From Deltaproteobacteria bacterium (GTDB lineage Bacteria; Desulfobacterota; Binatia; DP-6), in NCBI GenBank assembly GCA_005879585.1, contig VBKG01000337.1, forward strand, positions 1 to 52,609: a stretch of 52,609 bases of DNA. Reading direction: 5' to 3'. The translations under genes and the position numbers were made by a program. This document shows, piece by piece, positions 26,076 to 36,080 of the stretch. The notes under the pieces are model-generated. The model saw nothing but the letters and a program-made list of their open reading frames with translations, was not told the DNA's origin and searched no databases. Numbering within the stretch: position 1 is the first letter of the stretch; every line of letters starts with the position of its first letter.

Positions 26076-29000
26076 CGGTCCGGTCCCTCCTGCGCGAGAC
26101 GTCTGATCTCGCGGACGACCACCTGGAGCGCGGCAAGCGAGACGCGCGGCGCCGCGCGCAGGTCGCGGACCAGCGCCTGCACGGCCCCGAGCGCGCGCTC
26201 CGACAGCGCGCCGTCGGGGTCCTCGAGCCGCCGGCGCGTGAGGCGCCGGCGGGCGTGCAGCAGGTCCTCGATCAGCCCCTCCGCCGCGCGCCGCCGCCAG
26301 CGGTCGTCGTCGCCGCTTTCGGCGAGACGCCCGAGCGCCCAACCGAAGTCGACGTACTGCCCGAGCGCGTAGTACGCCGCGCCCGCCTCCTCCGCATCCC
26401 TCTCCGTCTGCCGCGCGACCGTCGCGACGTCGAGCGGGCCGACGAGCCACTCGGTCGTGGCGAGATCGTGCGCGAGGTCGGGTGACAGCCCCGCGATCGT
26501 CAGCTCGGAGATGCGCTTGTGGAAGGTCTCGGCCTCCGGGCCCGTCACCCAGTCGACGAGCCGGGCCCGGATGGTCGCCACCGCCGGCTCGAGCTCGGCG
26601 ACCACGCCGGCCGCGGGCCGCCCCGCCTCGGTGTTGGCCAGCACCCACTTGGCCAGCCGCTCGGCGCCCGCCTCGAGCGCCAGCCGGCACGCGCCGTCGA
26701 CGTCGGCGGCCGCGGCGCTCGCGCCGATCGCGGCGGCGAGCGCCTCGCCGCCCGCGATGCGCCAGCCGATCACCCACGCACGCACGACGTCGGCCGCCGC
26801 GGCGCCGGTGTCGCGCGCGATCCGCGACACGAAGGTGACGCCCACGTGATCGACGAGCGCGTTCGCCACCTCGGTGGCGATGATCTCGCGGCGGAGGCGA
26901 TGGGATCGGACCGCCGCCGGGTAGCGGGTCGCGATCTCGCCCGGGAAGTACGCGAGCAAGTACGGCTCGACGAGCGGATCGTCGGGCAGCGGCGAGGCGA
27001 GGATCTCCCGCTGCAGATGGATCTTCGTGTAGGCCGCGAGCACGGCGAGCTCCGGCCGGGTGAGCCCGAGGAACGCGCCGCGGCGTGCCCGGAGCGCCTC
27101 GCGGTCCGGCACGGTCTCGAGGGCGCGATCGAGGCCCGCGTCGCGCTCGAGCTCCGTGATGAGATCGCGAAAGTCGGCGAGCCGGCTCCGGCTGCGCAGC
27201 TGGTCGAGCCCGAGGAGTCGGCTCTGCCGGCGGTTGTGCGCGAGCACCCGGGCGACGACCTCGTCCGTCACGGCGTGCAGCAGCGCGTGGCGGGCGTCGG
27301 GCGTGAGCTGTCGCGCCTCGACCACCGGCTGGAGGCAGATCTTCAGGTTGACCTCGTGGTCCGAGAGGTCGACGCCGGCGGAGTTGTCGATCGCGTCGGT
27401 GTTGATGTGCCCGCCGGCGAGCGCGAACTGGATCCGCGCGCGTTGCGTGAAGCCGAGATTGCCGCCCTCGGCGACGACCCGCACGCGCAGCGACTCGGCG
27501 TCCACCCGCACCGTGTCGTTCGCGGGGTCACCGACGGCGGCGTGCGGCTCCTCGGCGGCCTTCACGTAGGTGCCGATGCCGCCGTTGAACAGCAGGTCCG
27601 CGTCGAGCGTCAGGACGGCCTGGACGAGGCGCTCGCCGCTCACCTCCGGCGTCGCGAGGCCGAGGAGCCGCTGCGCCTCCGGTGCGAGTCTCACGCGCTT
27701 GGCGGTGCGCGATACGACCGCGCCGCCCGCCGACAGGACGGCGGGGTCGTAGCCGTCCCAGCCGAGCGCGGCGCGATAGCAGCGCTGCCGCTCGGCGAAG
27801 CTCGCCACCGGGTCGGGATCGGGGTCGAGGAACACGTGACGATGGTTGAAGGCGGCCCGTAGCAGGACGTGCGGGGAGCGGAGCATGCCGTTCCCGAAAA
27901 CGTCTCCGCTCATGTCGCCGATGCCCGCGACCGTGAGCGGCGCCGTGTCGGCGTCGACCCCGATCTCGCGGTAGTGCGTCCGGACCGACTCCCACACACC
28001 GCGCGCCGTGATGCCGAGCGCCTTGTGGTCGTAGCCGTGCGCGCCGCCCGACGCGAAGGCATCGCCCAGCCAGAAGCCGCGCGCCTGCGCGATGGCGTTG
28101 GCGAGGTCCGAGAAGCCGGCTGTCCCCTTGTCCGCGGCGACGACGAGATAGGGATCCTCCTCGTCGTGCACGATCAGCCCGCGCGGGTACACGATGGCGC
28201 CCCCGACGACGTTGTCGGTGAGCTCGAGGAGCGCGCCGATGAACACGCGATACGCTTCGGCGGCCGTCCCGCGGCGCACGACGAACCCGCCCTTGGCGCC
28301 GACGGGCACGATGACGGCGTTCTTCACCGTCTGCGTCTTCATGAGGTTCAGGACCTCGGTGCGAAAGTCCTCGGGCCGATCACTGTGCCGGATGCCGCCG
28401 CGCGCCACGCGACCGGCCCGCAGATGCACGCCCTCCACCGTCGGGCCGTGGACGTACATCTCGTAGAGCGGGCGCGGCCGCGGCAGGTGGGCCAGACCCG
28501 CGGAGTGGATCTTGAAGCTCAGCGTCTCGGACGGCGGAACGGCGAAGTAGTTGGAGCGCACCGTCGCCTCGACCGTGTCCAGGAGCGCGCGGAGAATCGT
28601 GTCGTCGCGCAGGGTGGCCACTGTCTCGAGGCTCTCGAGAAAACGCCGGCGGAGGTCGGTCCCGTCGGCGCGTCCGGAGAAGCGCCCGGCGAAGCAGTCG
28701 AACAGCGCGGCCGCGGGCTCGGGGTGTCGAACGAGCGCGTCGATCACCTGCGAGCGTGGGCCGAGGCCCGCCTGCACCGCGTGCCCCGCGTACGCGCGCA
28801 GGCAATCCACCGCGCGCCAGTCGAGCGCCGCCTCCAGGACCAGGCGGCCGAGCGGGTCGCTCGCGACGCGTCCGGCGCGCACCGCCAGCAGCGCGTCGAT
28901 CAGCCGCGGACCGGCCGCGGCGTCGAGCCGCCGCCCCTGGCGGTCCTGGACGAAGAACGTCTGCACGAAGAGCCGTGGCGCGTCGGCCGGTGTCACCGCG

Positions 29001-30799
29001 ACCTGGTCCTCGGCGATCACCCGGAGCCCGAGGTTCTCGAGCACCGGCACGAAGTCGGAGAGGACGAGCGGCTCGCCCGCGATGTAGACACGCAGCGCGC
29101 TCGTGTCGGGCAGCGTGCGGTCGTCGCCGAGCGCGACCCGCATCGTCCCCTCGGCGAGCGCCGCCTCGAGCAGCGCGACGTCCACCGCCGCCCGCGCCGG
29201 CGGCGTCGCCGCGCGATACGCTTCCGGGAACGCGCTCCGATAGCGGGCGCCGAGCCGCGTTCCCTCCTCGGCGCCGTGGTGGGCGCGGAGCTCGTCGTCG
29301 AGCCGTTCCTTCCAGCCGCGGACGAGGTCGCGCACCGCGTTCCGCGCCGCGGCGAGCTCCGCTGCGGTTGCCGCCGCCGGTCGGTCCCCGGCGAAGGTGA
29401 ACGACAGGAGCGCCAGGTCCTCGTGCAGGACGAGATGGTCGGCGACGCAGGGACCGCCGGCGCGGGCGGCGAGCGTCTCGAGGATGCGCTCGCGGGCCTC
29501 GCCCGACAGCCGGTCGCGCGGCAGCGCGACGAGCGCCGCGAGGCCCGCGGGCCGGGGGCGGAGGGAGACGACGACGTCGCCCGTCCGCCCGGCCGTCAGG
29601 ACCGCCTCGATGTCGGCGCGGATCTCCGCCGGCGTCGCCGCGAAGAGGTCGTCCTTCGGGAGCACGTTGAAGATGGCGACGATCGCCTTGTAGTCGTGGC
29701 TGCCCGCGACGACCTGCTCCGCGGCGAGGATCTGGCCGAGCACGCGTCGCAGCAGCGGGATCTCCGCCGCCTCCTCCGCGTAGGCCTTCGAGGTGAAGAG
29801 GCCGATGAAACGCCGCTCGCCGATCACCTGGCCGGTGGCATCGAGCTGCCGGATGCCGATGTCGTCCATGCGCGTGCGGCGGTGGACGGGCGAGGTCGCG
29901 ATCGTCTTGGTGATGGTGAGGAGGCGGTCGCCGAGGAGTCGGGCGCGGACCGTCTCGGGCAGCTCGGCGACCGGCCGCGGGCGGGAGAACGCCGAGCGGC
30001 TCTCGCGCCGCAGCAGGCCGAGGCCGGATCCCGAACGCACGAGGAGCACGCGGCTCCCCCCGAGCGTCAGCACCTGGTACTCGCGGTAGCCGAGGAAGAC
30101 GAAGCCGCCGTCCACGAGCCAGTGGAGGAAGTCCGCGGCGGCGCTGGCCTCGGAGCCGGTGGCGGCGCCGCTCCGCGCGAGCCCGTCGAGCTCGGCCGCG
30201 GCCTCCTGCGCCCGGGCGAGCATCGGGCGGAAGTCGTCGGTCACGAGCCGCACGTCGCCGAGCCGGTCGCGCGCGAGCTGCTCGAGCCCGGCGAGCGCCG
30301 CGGCGTCGGTGGTGCGCGGGACGGCGACGTGCACGAACGACTCGCGCCGCGCGCTGCCGTTCGGCGGCGCAAGCGAGATCAACCGCCCCGTGAGATCCCG
30401 CTCGGCCCCGACGATGGGGTGGAGCAGCCCCCGCACGGCGACTCCCTCGGCCTCGAGCGCGGCCTCGAGGGTGTCGACGATGAAGGGACGGTCGGCCATG
30501 ACCGTCTCGATGACCGACACGGACGCGTCCCAGCCCTCGGTCGCGTAGGTCGGCGCGATCGCGCGGACCCGCAGCTCGTCCCCCGGCCCGGCGTAGAACC
30601 GGAACGCGGAGGCGACGAGCGCGGCCACCTCCTCCTCGGCGAGCGTCGCGACGTAGTCCTGCGCGCGCTGCAGCAGGAGCTGCGCGAAGGTCTCGAGCGC
30701 GGTGGCCTCCGCGTCCGACGCGCGCCGCTCCAGGAGCGAACGCAGCCGCTCGCCGACGACCGCCACGCCGCGCGGTCCCCGCTGCTCGTGGGCCGACAT
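26072..30799 (-). CDS. gdhB: Large NAD-specific glutamate dehydrogenase (GdhB type)
   Basis: 1575 aa; RGGIRHSDR, VKNAVIVPVGAKGGF, DPYLVVAADKGTA, GIGDMSGDVFGNG, DNSAGVDLSDHEVN. Confidence 0.95.
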   Translation of the reverse strand: MSAHEQRGPRGVAVVGERLRSLLERRASDAEATALETFAQLLLQRAQDYVATLAEEEVAALVASAFRFYAGPGDELRVRAIAPTYATEGWDASVSVIETVMADRPFIVDTLEAALEAEGVAVRGLLHPIVGAERDLTGRLISLAPPNGSARRESFVHVAVPRTTDAAALAGLEQLARDRLGDVRLVTDDFRPMLARAQEAAAELDGLARSGAATGSEASAAADFLHWLVDGGFVFLGYREYQVLTLGGSRVLLVRSGSGLGLLRRESRSAFSRPRPVAELPETVRARLLGDRLLTITKTIATSPVHRRTRMDDIGIRQLDATGQVIGERRFIGLFTSKAYAEEAAEIPLLRRVLGQILAAEQVVAGSHDYKAIVAIFNVLPKDDLFAATPAEIRADIEAVLTAGRTGDVVVSLRPRPAGLAALVALPRDRLSGEARERILETLAARAGGPCVADHLVLHEDLALLSFTFAGDRPAAATAAELAAARNAVRDLVRGWKERLDDELRAHHGAEEGTRLGARYRSAFPEAYRAATPPARAAVDVALLEAALAEGTMRVALGDDRTLPDTSALRVYIAGEPLVLSDFVPVLENLGLRVIAEDQVAVTPADAPRLFVQTFFVQDRQGRRLDAAAGPRLIDALLAVRAGRVASDPLGRLVLEAALDWRAVDCLRAYAGHAVQAGLGPRSQVIDALVRHPEPAAALFDCFAGRFSGRADGTDLRRRFLESLETVATLRDDTILRALLDTVEATVRSNYFAVPPSETLSFKIHSAGLAHLPRPRPLYEMYVHGPTVEGVHLRAGRVARGGIRHSDRPEDFRTEVLNLMKTQTVKNAVIVPVGAKGGFVVRRGTAAEAYRVFIGALLELTDNVVGGAIVYPRGLIVHDEEDPYLVVAADKGTAGFSDLANAIAQARGFWLGDAFASGGAHGYDHKALGITARGVWESVRTHYREIGVDADTAPLTVAGIGDMSGDVFGNGMLRSPHVLLRAAFNHRHVFLDPDPDPVASFAERQRCYRAALGWDGYDPAVLSAGGAVVSRTAKRVRLAPEAQRLLGLATPEVSGERLVQAVLTLDADLLFNGGIGTYVKAAEEPHAAVGDPANDTVRVDAESLRVRVVAEGGNLGFTQRARIQFALAGGHINTDAIDNSAGVDLSDHEVNLKICLQPVVEARQLTPDARHALLHAVTDEVVARVLAHNRRQSRLLGLDQLRSRSRLADFRDLITELERDAGLDRALETVPDREALRARRGAFLGLTRPELAVLAAYTKIHLQREILASPLPDDPLVEPYLLAYFPGEIATRYPAAVRSHRLRREIIATEVANALVDHVGVTFVSRIARDTGAAAADVVRAWVIGWRIAGGEALAAAIGASAAAADVDGACRLALEAGAERLAKWVLANTEAGRPAAGVVAELEPAVATIRARLVDWVTGPEAETFHKRISELTIAGLSPDLAHDLATTEWLVGPLDVATVARQTERDAEEAGAAYYALGQYVDFGWALGRLAESGDDDRWRRRAAEGLIEDLLHARRRLTRRRLEDPDGALSERALGAVQALVRDLRAAPRVSLAALQVVVREIRRLAQEGPDR

Positions 30800-31243
30800 T
30801 CAGCTCGCGGGCACGAGCGCGGCGACGAGCGCGTCGGCAGGACGGAAGCCGCGCGCGAGGAGCACCGCGCGGAGCTCCGGATCGACGCCGTCGATCCGCG
30901 CCGCGAGCTCGCGGCAGCCGCGACGCCGCGCCCGGTCCTCCGCGAAGGCGACGAGCCCCTCGCCGAGCCGCGGCTCGGTCGAGCGACGCGCCACCTCGAG
31001 CACGGCGGCGAGCCCACCGCCGAGGAGCGAGCGGGCATAGGCGAGCGCGATCACGGCGACAATCGCTCCGCCCGCTTCCTCGGCGACGTAGAGGTCGGTG
31101 CCGAGGTCGCGCGTCATGCGCTTGTAGAGGCGCTCCGCGCGATTGCCGGCGGCGCACCCGAGAACGGCCTGCACGCCGGCGAAGTCGTGACGTCGCCCGC
31201 GGCGCACGCGCGTGGTCGTCCCGGGAAGCAATCGTGCCGCCAT
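30800..31243 (-). CDS. Divergent GNAT-like protein
   Basis: VRRGRRHD...LYVAEEAGG...GEGLVAFAEDRARRRGC...ARGF outline of a GNAT fold; stop abuts the GDH ATG. Confidence 0.6.
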   Translation of the reverse strand: MAARLLPGTTTRVRRGRRHDFAGVQAVLGCAAGNRAERLYKRMTRDLGTDLYVAEEAGGAIVAVIALAYARSLLGGGLAAVLEVARRSTEPRLGEGLVAFAEDRARRRGCRELAARIDGVDPELRAVLLARGFRPADALVAALVPAS

Positions 31244-32753
31244 GGGCCTGTTCCGCCTAGCCTCGGAGCCCATGTATTGCAAATCCGCGCGCGTGATCGT
31301 CACCACCGGCTCGAGCGCCATGCCGTCGTGGACCGCGGACGGGCATCTCGTCTTCCACTCGCGGCGCAAGGAGGCCAAGCAGCACGGTATCGCGGCGCGG
31401 AACATCTGGATCGTCGGCGCCGACGGCTCCGGCGAGCGCCAGCTCACGAAGGGCACCAAGGACGAGTATCACCCCGTCGTGTCGCCCGACGGCAAGAAGC
31501 TGCTCTTCGTCTCGGAGCTGAACGGCTCGCGCGACATCTGGATCGCCGATGCCGACGGACAGAACGCCGTGCCGCTGACCGACGACCCGGGCACCGAGGA
31601 TCAGCCCGCGTGGTCGGCCGACGGCCGCCAGATCGTGTATGCCGCCTTTCCGAAGGAGGGCGGAAGCTTCGACCTCTGGCTCATGTACGCCGACGGCAGC
31701 GGCCGGCGTCGCCTCACGACCACGCCGGCCAACGAGATCTTCCCCGCATGGCATCCGTCGGGCGCCTCGATCGCCTACGTCACGGACGTGAACGGCAACT
31801 TCGACCTCTACACGATCGACGTCCGCGACGGGCACACCGCGCCGCTCGTCGTCTCGCCCGACCAGGAGGTGCGGCCCGCGTTCTCGCGCGATGGGACGAA
31901 GCTCGCGTTCGTCCGCTGGCCGGCGCGCGGCCGGAGCAGCGACGCGACGCCGTGGGTGGCCAATGCCGACGGGACCGCACCGATCGAGCTCACGGCCGCG
32001 CCCGCGCCGGCGCTCCATCCCGCCTGGTCGCCCGACGGGCGGACGCTCGCCTTCCAGCATCGGGGCGAGAAGGGCTGGGAGATCTGGACGCTCGCCCTGC
32101 CGGCCGACATCGCGACGGGGGGACGGCTGCGGCTCGCGCAGCAGGTGCGGGGCGGCGCCGACGTCGACACGGCGAAGCTGCGGAGCGGCGACACGCTCCG
32201 CGGGACGCTCGGGGACGCGCGCTTCCGGCTGCGGACGGCGTACGGCGCCGTCGAGCTGCCGCGCGAGGTCGTGACCACCATCATCTTCGATACCGGCGAG
32301 CGGGGCCTCGCCCGCGTCGTACTCGCCAACGGTGATGCGCTGAGCGGCTTCCTCGAGAACGAGACGATCCATCTCGCCGCCGGCGGACGGAGCCAGGGCG
32401 TGCCCGTCGAGGGCATCGCGCAGCTGAGCCTGCGCGCCGCCGGACGCGGCGGCGCCGGGCCGCCGGCACCGTTTCGCGCCCTCCTGCGAAACGGCGACAG
32501 CGTCCGCGTGACCGCAGCGTTCGCCCCGCTCCGCCTCCGCGTCGGTGGGCGGACGATGGAGGTCTCGGCGGCCGAGGTCGAGCGGGTCGACTTCACCGAG
32601 GCGGGCAACAAGGCCGACGTCGCGCTGCGCAGCGGGGACCGGGTGTCGGGCGAGGTCGTCGGCGAGCGGCTACCGCTGGTGCTCGCCTCCGGGGCGCACT
32701 TGAGCGTGCATCCGAGCAGCCTCCGCGCGCTCGAGCGGGCCGGTGGGCCATGA
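31242..32753 (+). CDS. TolB-like PD40 beta-propeller with C-terminal repeated beta domain (start uncertain)
   Basis: Repeats PSWTADG, PVVSPDG, PAWSADG, PAWHPSG, PAFSRDG, PAWSPDG. Confidence 0.8.
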   Translation: MGLFRLASEPMYCKSARVIVTTGSSAMPSWTADGHLVFHSRRKEAKQHGIAARNIWIVGADGSGERQLTKGTKDEYHPVVSPDGKKLLFVSELNGSRDIWIADADGQNAVPLTDDPGTEDQPAWSADGRQIVYAAFPKEGGSFDLWLMYADGSGRRRLTTTPANEIFPAWHPSGASIAYVTDVNGNFDLYTIDVRDGHTAPLVVSPDQEVRPAFSRDGTKLAFVRWPARGRSSDATPWVANADGTAPIELTAAPAPALHPAWSPDGRTLAFQHRGEKGWEIWTLALPADIATGGRLRLAQQVRGGADVDTAKLRSGDTLRGTLGDARFRLRTAYGAVELPREVVTTIIFDTGERGLARVVLANGDALSGFLENETIHLAAGGRSQGVPVEGIAQLSLRAAGRGGAGPPAPFRALLRNGDSVRVTAAFAPLRLRVGGRTMEVSAAEVERVDFTEAGNKADVALRSGDRVSGEVVGERLPLVLASGAHLSVHPSSLRALERAGGP

Positions 32754-33568
32754 AGCGAACGCCGTTGCAGGTCGCCGTCGTCTGCTGGCTCGTCGTCGGG
32801 TGTGCCGGCGTGCATCGCTTCCACCCGAACTTCTACTCGCTCGACGGCGACATCCGGCTCGGCGAGCAGCTCTCGAAGGAAGTGGAAACCGACCTCGTGC
32901 TTCTCCGTCACAGCGCGCTCAACCAGGTGGTGAACACCGTCGGGCGCCGCCTCCTCGACGCGAGCCCCGAGCCTGCGTTCAAGCTCTTCCCCTACAGCTA
33001 CCACGTCGTCGATTCGCCCGAGGTGAACGCCTTCGCGCTGCCCGGCGGTCCGGTCTACCTGAACATGGGCATCGTCGAGGTCTGCGAGACGGAGGACGAG
33101 CTCGCCTCGGTCATGGCGCACGAGATGAGCCACGTCGCGGCGCGACACGCGACCGAGATGCTGACGACGCAGAACCTGAGCCAGCTCGCGATCATCGCCG
33201 CCGTCTCCGTCGTCCCCATCCCGATTCCGCCGATCGCGTGGGAGGGGGCGAAGCTCGGCTACGTGCTGTCGCTGCTGCGCTACAGCCGCGGCAAGGAGGC
33301 CGAGGCGGACCGGCTCGGCCTCCGGCTCATGAACGCCGCGGGCTACGACCCGACGGCGATGGCGTCGGTCTTCCGGAAGCTCTCCGAGCAGCAGCACAGC
33401 CTGCCGAGCGTCGTCGAGCGGTTCATGTCGAGCCACCCGCTCTCCGAAGTCCGGATGCGCGACGCCGAGCGGCAGTCCGCGCAGCTCGAGCGCCCGAACG
33501 CCGCGGCGGTGGCGGCGGCGAGCCCGTCGACCTTCCCGCAGGTGAAGATGATGTTCGCCAAGGACTGA
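32750..33568 (+). CDS. M48 family metalloprotease (BepA-like), probable lipoprotein
   Basis: VVGC lipobox, NAFALPGG, AHEMSH, YSRGKEAEAD, SSHP. Confidence 0.9.
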   Translation: MKRTPLQVAVVCWLVVGCAGVHRFHPNFYSLDGDIRLGEQLSKEVETDLVLLRHSALNQVVNTVGRRLLDASPEPAFKLFPYSYHVVDSPEVNAFALPGGPVYLNMGIVEVCETEDELASVMAHEMSHVAARHATEMLTTQNLSQLAIIAAVSVVPIPIPPIAWEGAKLGYVLSLLRYSRGKEAEADRLGLRLMNAAGYDPTAMASVFRKLSEQQHSLPSVVERFMSSHPLSEVRMRDAERQSAQLERPNAAAVAAASPSTFPQVKMMFAKD

Positions 33569-33570
33569 GC

Positions 33571-34134
33571 ATGCGCCGCGCGCTCGTGCTCGCCGCGCTC
33601 GCGACGGGGTGCGGTTCGCTGCACGCCCCGGTGGCCGACCCGAAGGTCCACGTGCGCGGAGAGCACTACCGCGTGATCCACGAGCCCCCCGATCGGCTGT
33701 GGCCGGAGATCGTGTTCGCGCTCGACGAGGAGGGGTTCCGCGTGGCGCACAGCGACCGTGCGCACCGGATCATCCAGACCGGCGCCCGGCGCTACACGGG
33801 CCGCGACGAGGTGAAGCGGCTCGCCGACATCGCCGACCTCTCGGCCGCCCGCGGCGCCGGCTTCGGGCGTGCGACCGAGTACGAGGTGACGTACGCGCTC
33901 TTCCTCCTCCCGGCGGGCGAGACCGACACCGGCCTCAAGATCACGAGCGTGATCGAAGCGATCGACCGCAGCGAGGCGCTCTTCCTCGGACCCGGCGTCT
34001 TCCAGGTGGTGCCGCGGCGCATCGAGCTGCCGTCGCGCGGCGTCGTCGAGCGGGAGCTCGTGCGGCGGCTCGCCGCCTCGCTCTTCACCGCCGAGGAGAT
34101 GCTCTTCGTCCTCGGCGAGCCCGGCTTTGACTGA
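33571..34134 (+). CDS. Hypothetical lipoprotein
   Basis: MRRALVLAALATGC signal and lipobox; C-terminal part of ORF 32743..34134. Confidence 0.72.
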   Translation: MRRALVLAALATGCGSLHAPVADPKVHVRGEHYRVIHEPPDRLWPEIVFALDEEGFRVAHSDRAHRIIQTGARRYTGRDEVKRLADIADLSAARGAGFGRATEYEVTYALFLLPAGETDTGLKITSVIEAIDRSEALFLGPGVFQVVPRRIELPSRGVVERELVRRLAASLFTAEEMLFVLGEPGFD

Positions 34135-35386
34135 CGTCCTGGCCGTCGAGCGGCTGACGTTCGGCTTCGACGCGCTCGCGCACCGCGACCGTCAGGTGGT
34201 CTTCGTGCCCTACGGCGCGCCGGGCGACCACGTCGTGGCGGAGACCGTGGAGCGCCACGCGCAATTCGTCCGCGCCCGGATCGTCGAGGTGGCGGAGCCG
34301 GGGCCGGCGCGTGTGCTGCCCGGTTGCCGCTACTTCCCGACCTGCGGCGGCTGTCAGTGGCAACACGTGGCGCCGCCCGCACAGCGCGACGCGAAGGCGG
34401 CGATCGTCGCCGAGCAGCTCGCGCGCACCGCCGGCGTGCGCGACGCCGAGGTCCTGCCGACGCTCGCAGCCCGCGACTGGCAGTACCGCGCGCGCATCAC
34501 GCTCGTCGTCGAGGGACGCCGCGCGGGCTACCACCGCGCGCGCTCCCACCGCCTGCTCGAGGTGGAGGACTGCCCGATCGCGGACCCCGTGCTCTCCGCC
34601 CACCTCGACGCCGCCCGCGACTGGGTCGGGGCCCTGCGCGTGCCGCTCCGGCGCGTGTCGCTCGCGGTGGCGCCCGGCGGCGTCGTCCTCACGGCGATCG
34701 CGAGCGCGCTGCCCGGCACCCACGACCTCGAGGTGACGACGGAGCTGCTCGCGCGCATGCCGACCGTCCGCGGCGCTGTCCTCGCCGACGCGCGGGCCGA
34801 GCGGCGGCTCGTCGCCGGCGATCCGCGCGTCCGCGTCGCGCTCGAGCCGGGGCTCGACCTCGAGGTGCCGGCCGACGTCTTCACGCAGGTGAACCCGGAC
34901 GCCAACCGCCTGCTCGTGGCGTCGGTCATCGCGCTCGGCGGCTTCGCGCCAGGCGAACGCGTGCTCGACCTGTATGCGGGGGCCGGCAACTTCACGCTGC
35001 CGATCGCGCGCCGGGGCGCGTGCGTCGTCGGCATCGAGCGGAATCCCGTCGCTGCCGCGGCCGGACCCCGCAATGCGCTGCGGCTCGGCCTCGGCGGCGT
35101 CGCGTTCGAGACGGGTGCGGTGCACGACGCGCTTGCACGCCGCGCGCCGGGAAGCGTCGATGCCGTCGTGCTCGACCCGCCGCGCGCCGGCGCAGCCGAC
35201 GCGATCGCCGCGCTCGTCGCGCTCCGGAGCCGTCGGATCGTCTACGTCTCGTGCGATCCAGCCACCCTCGCACGCGACGTGCGTCTCCTTGCAGCACACG
35301 GCTATCGCGTCGCGCGCGTGCAGCCGATCGATCTCTTTCCGCAGACGTTCCACGTCGAAGCGGTCACGTCGTTGCTGTTGACTTGA
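34127..35386 (+). CDS. rlmD: 23S rRNA m5U methyltransferase (RlmD/TrmA family)
   Basis: TRAM domain, CRYFPTCGGC, DLYAGAGNF, LDPPRAG, YVSCDPATLARD, DLFPQT. Confidence 0.88.
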   Translation: MTDVLAVERLTFGFDALAHRDRQVVFVPYGAPGDHVVAETVERHAQFVRARIVEVAEPGPARVLPGCRYFPTCGGCQWQHVAPPAQRDAKAAIVAEQLARTAGVRDAEVLPTLAARDWQYRARITLVVEGRRAGYHRARSHRLLEVEDCPIADPVLSAHLDAARDWVGALRVPLRRVSLAVAPGGVVLTAIASALPGTHDLEVTTELLARMPTVRGAVLADARAERRLVAGDPRVRVALEPGLDLEVPADVFTQVNPDANRLLVASVIALGGFAPGERVLDLYAGAGNFTLPIARRGACVVGIERNPVAAAAGPRNALRLGLGGVAFETGAVHDALARRAPGSVDAVVLDPPRAGAADAIAALVALRSRRIVYVSCDPATLARDVRLLAAHGYRVARVQPIDLFPQTFHVEAVTSLLLT

Positions 35387-35406
35387 AGAAGGTGCGCCCC
35401 TATCCT
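35378..35406 (+). promoter_or_regulatory. sigma70 promoter overlapping the end of rlmD
   Basis: TTGACT-N17-TATCCT. Confidence 0.6.
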
Positions 35407-35457
35407 CGGCTCTTCGCGTTGGGGTGCGTCGCCGCGCCCCCGGAGGTGATGGCGCCG

Positions 35458-35706
35458 ATGCCCAAACAGCACGAGAAGCCAGCCCGCCCCAAGGTCACCA
35501 TCATCCCGGGCCGTGGGGTGAGCCAGACCATCAACTACCTGCTCGAGGACCGCGACGACCTCGAGTGGCTGGTGGCGGTGGGGCGGAACAAGAGCGGCGA
35601 GATCTTCTTCTACGACACGGGCGGCGACATCGTCGAAGATCTCGGCACCCTCGAGTACCTGAAGGAACGCATCACCCGGGCGCACTTCGGCGACGAGCCG
35701 GAGTAG
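35458..35706 (+). CDS. Small hypothetical protein (82 aa)
   Basis: SD GGAGGT, own promoter, strong GC3 bias; MPKQHEKPARPKVTIIPG...FGDEPE. Confidence 0.75.
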   Translation: MPKQHEKPARPKVTIIPGRGVSQTINYLLEDRDDLEWLVAVGRNKSGEIFFYDTGGDIVEDLGTLEYLKERITRAHFGDEPE

Positions 35707-36060
35707 TCAGTCGTCGGGCAGCGACGCGGGGCAGTCGCCGAGGATCCGGTCGCCCTCGACGCGGAGCGGAATGCGGTGGAGGCGCCGCCCGCAGGGCGGT
35801 CCTGCGACGCATTCGCCGGTGTCGGGCAGGTAGTACGCGCCGTGCGTGGCGCACTGCACGAAGCGCCCGTCCTCGGTGAAGAACTGGTTCTCGACCCAGT
35901 CGAGGCTCATCGGCACGTGGCGGCAGCGGTTCACGTAGGCGTGGTGCTGGCCGGCCCAGTTGAGCACGAAGCCCTCGAGCTCGAGCCCGTTGCACTGGAA
36001 GACGAACTTCTTGGTCTCCCCGGGATGGAGCTCGCCGACGTGCGCGACCGTTACCGTCAT
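35707..36060 (-). CDS. Rieske [2Fe-2S] ferredoxin
   Basis: CRH...CATH Rieske ligands. Confidence 0.92.
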   Translation of the reverse strand: MTVTVAHVGELHPGETKKFVFQCNGLELEGFVLNWAGQHHAYVNRCRHVPMSLDWVENQFFTEDGRFVQCATHGAYYLPDTGECVAGPPCGRRLHRIPLRVEGDRILGDCPASLPDD

Positions 36061-36080
36061 GCCGCGCGCATTCTACCGCC

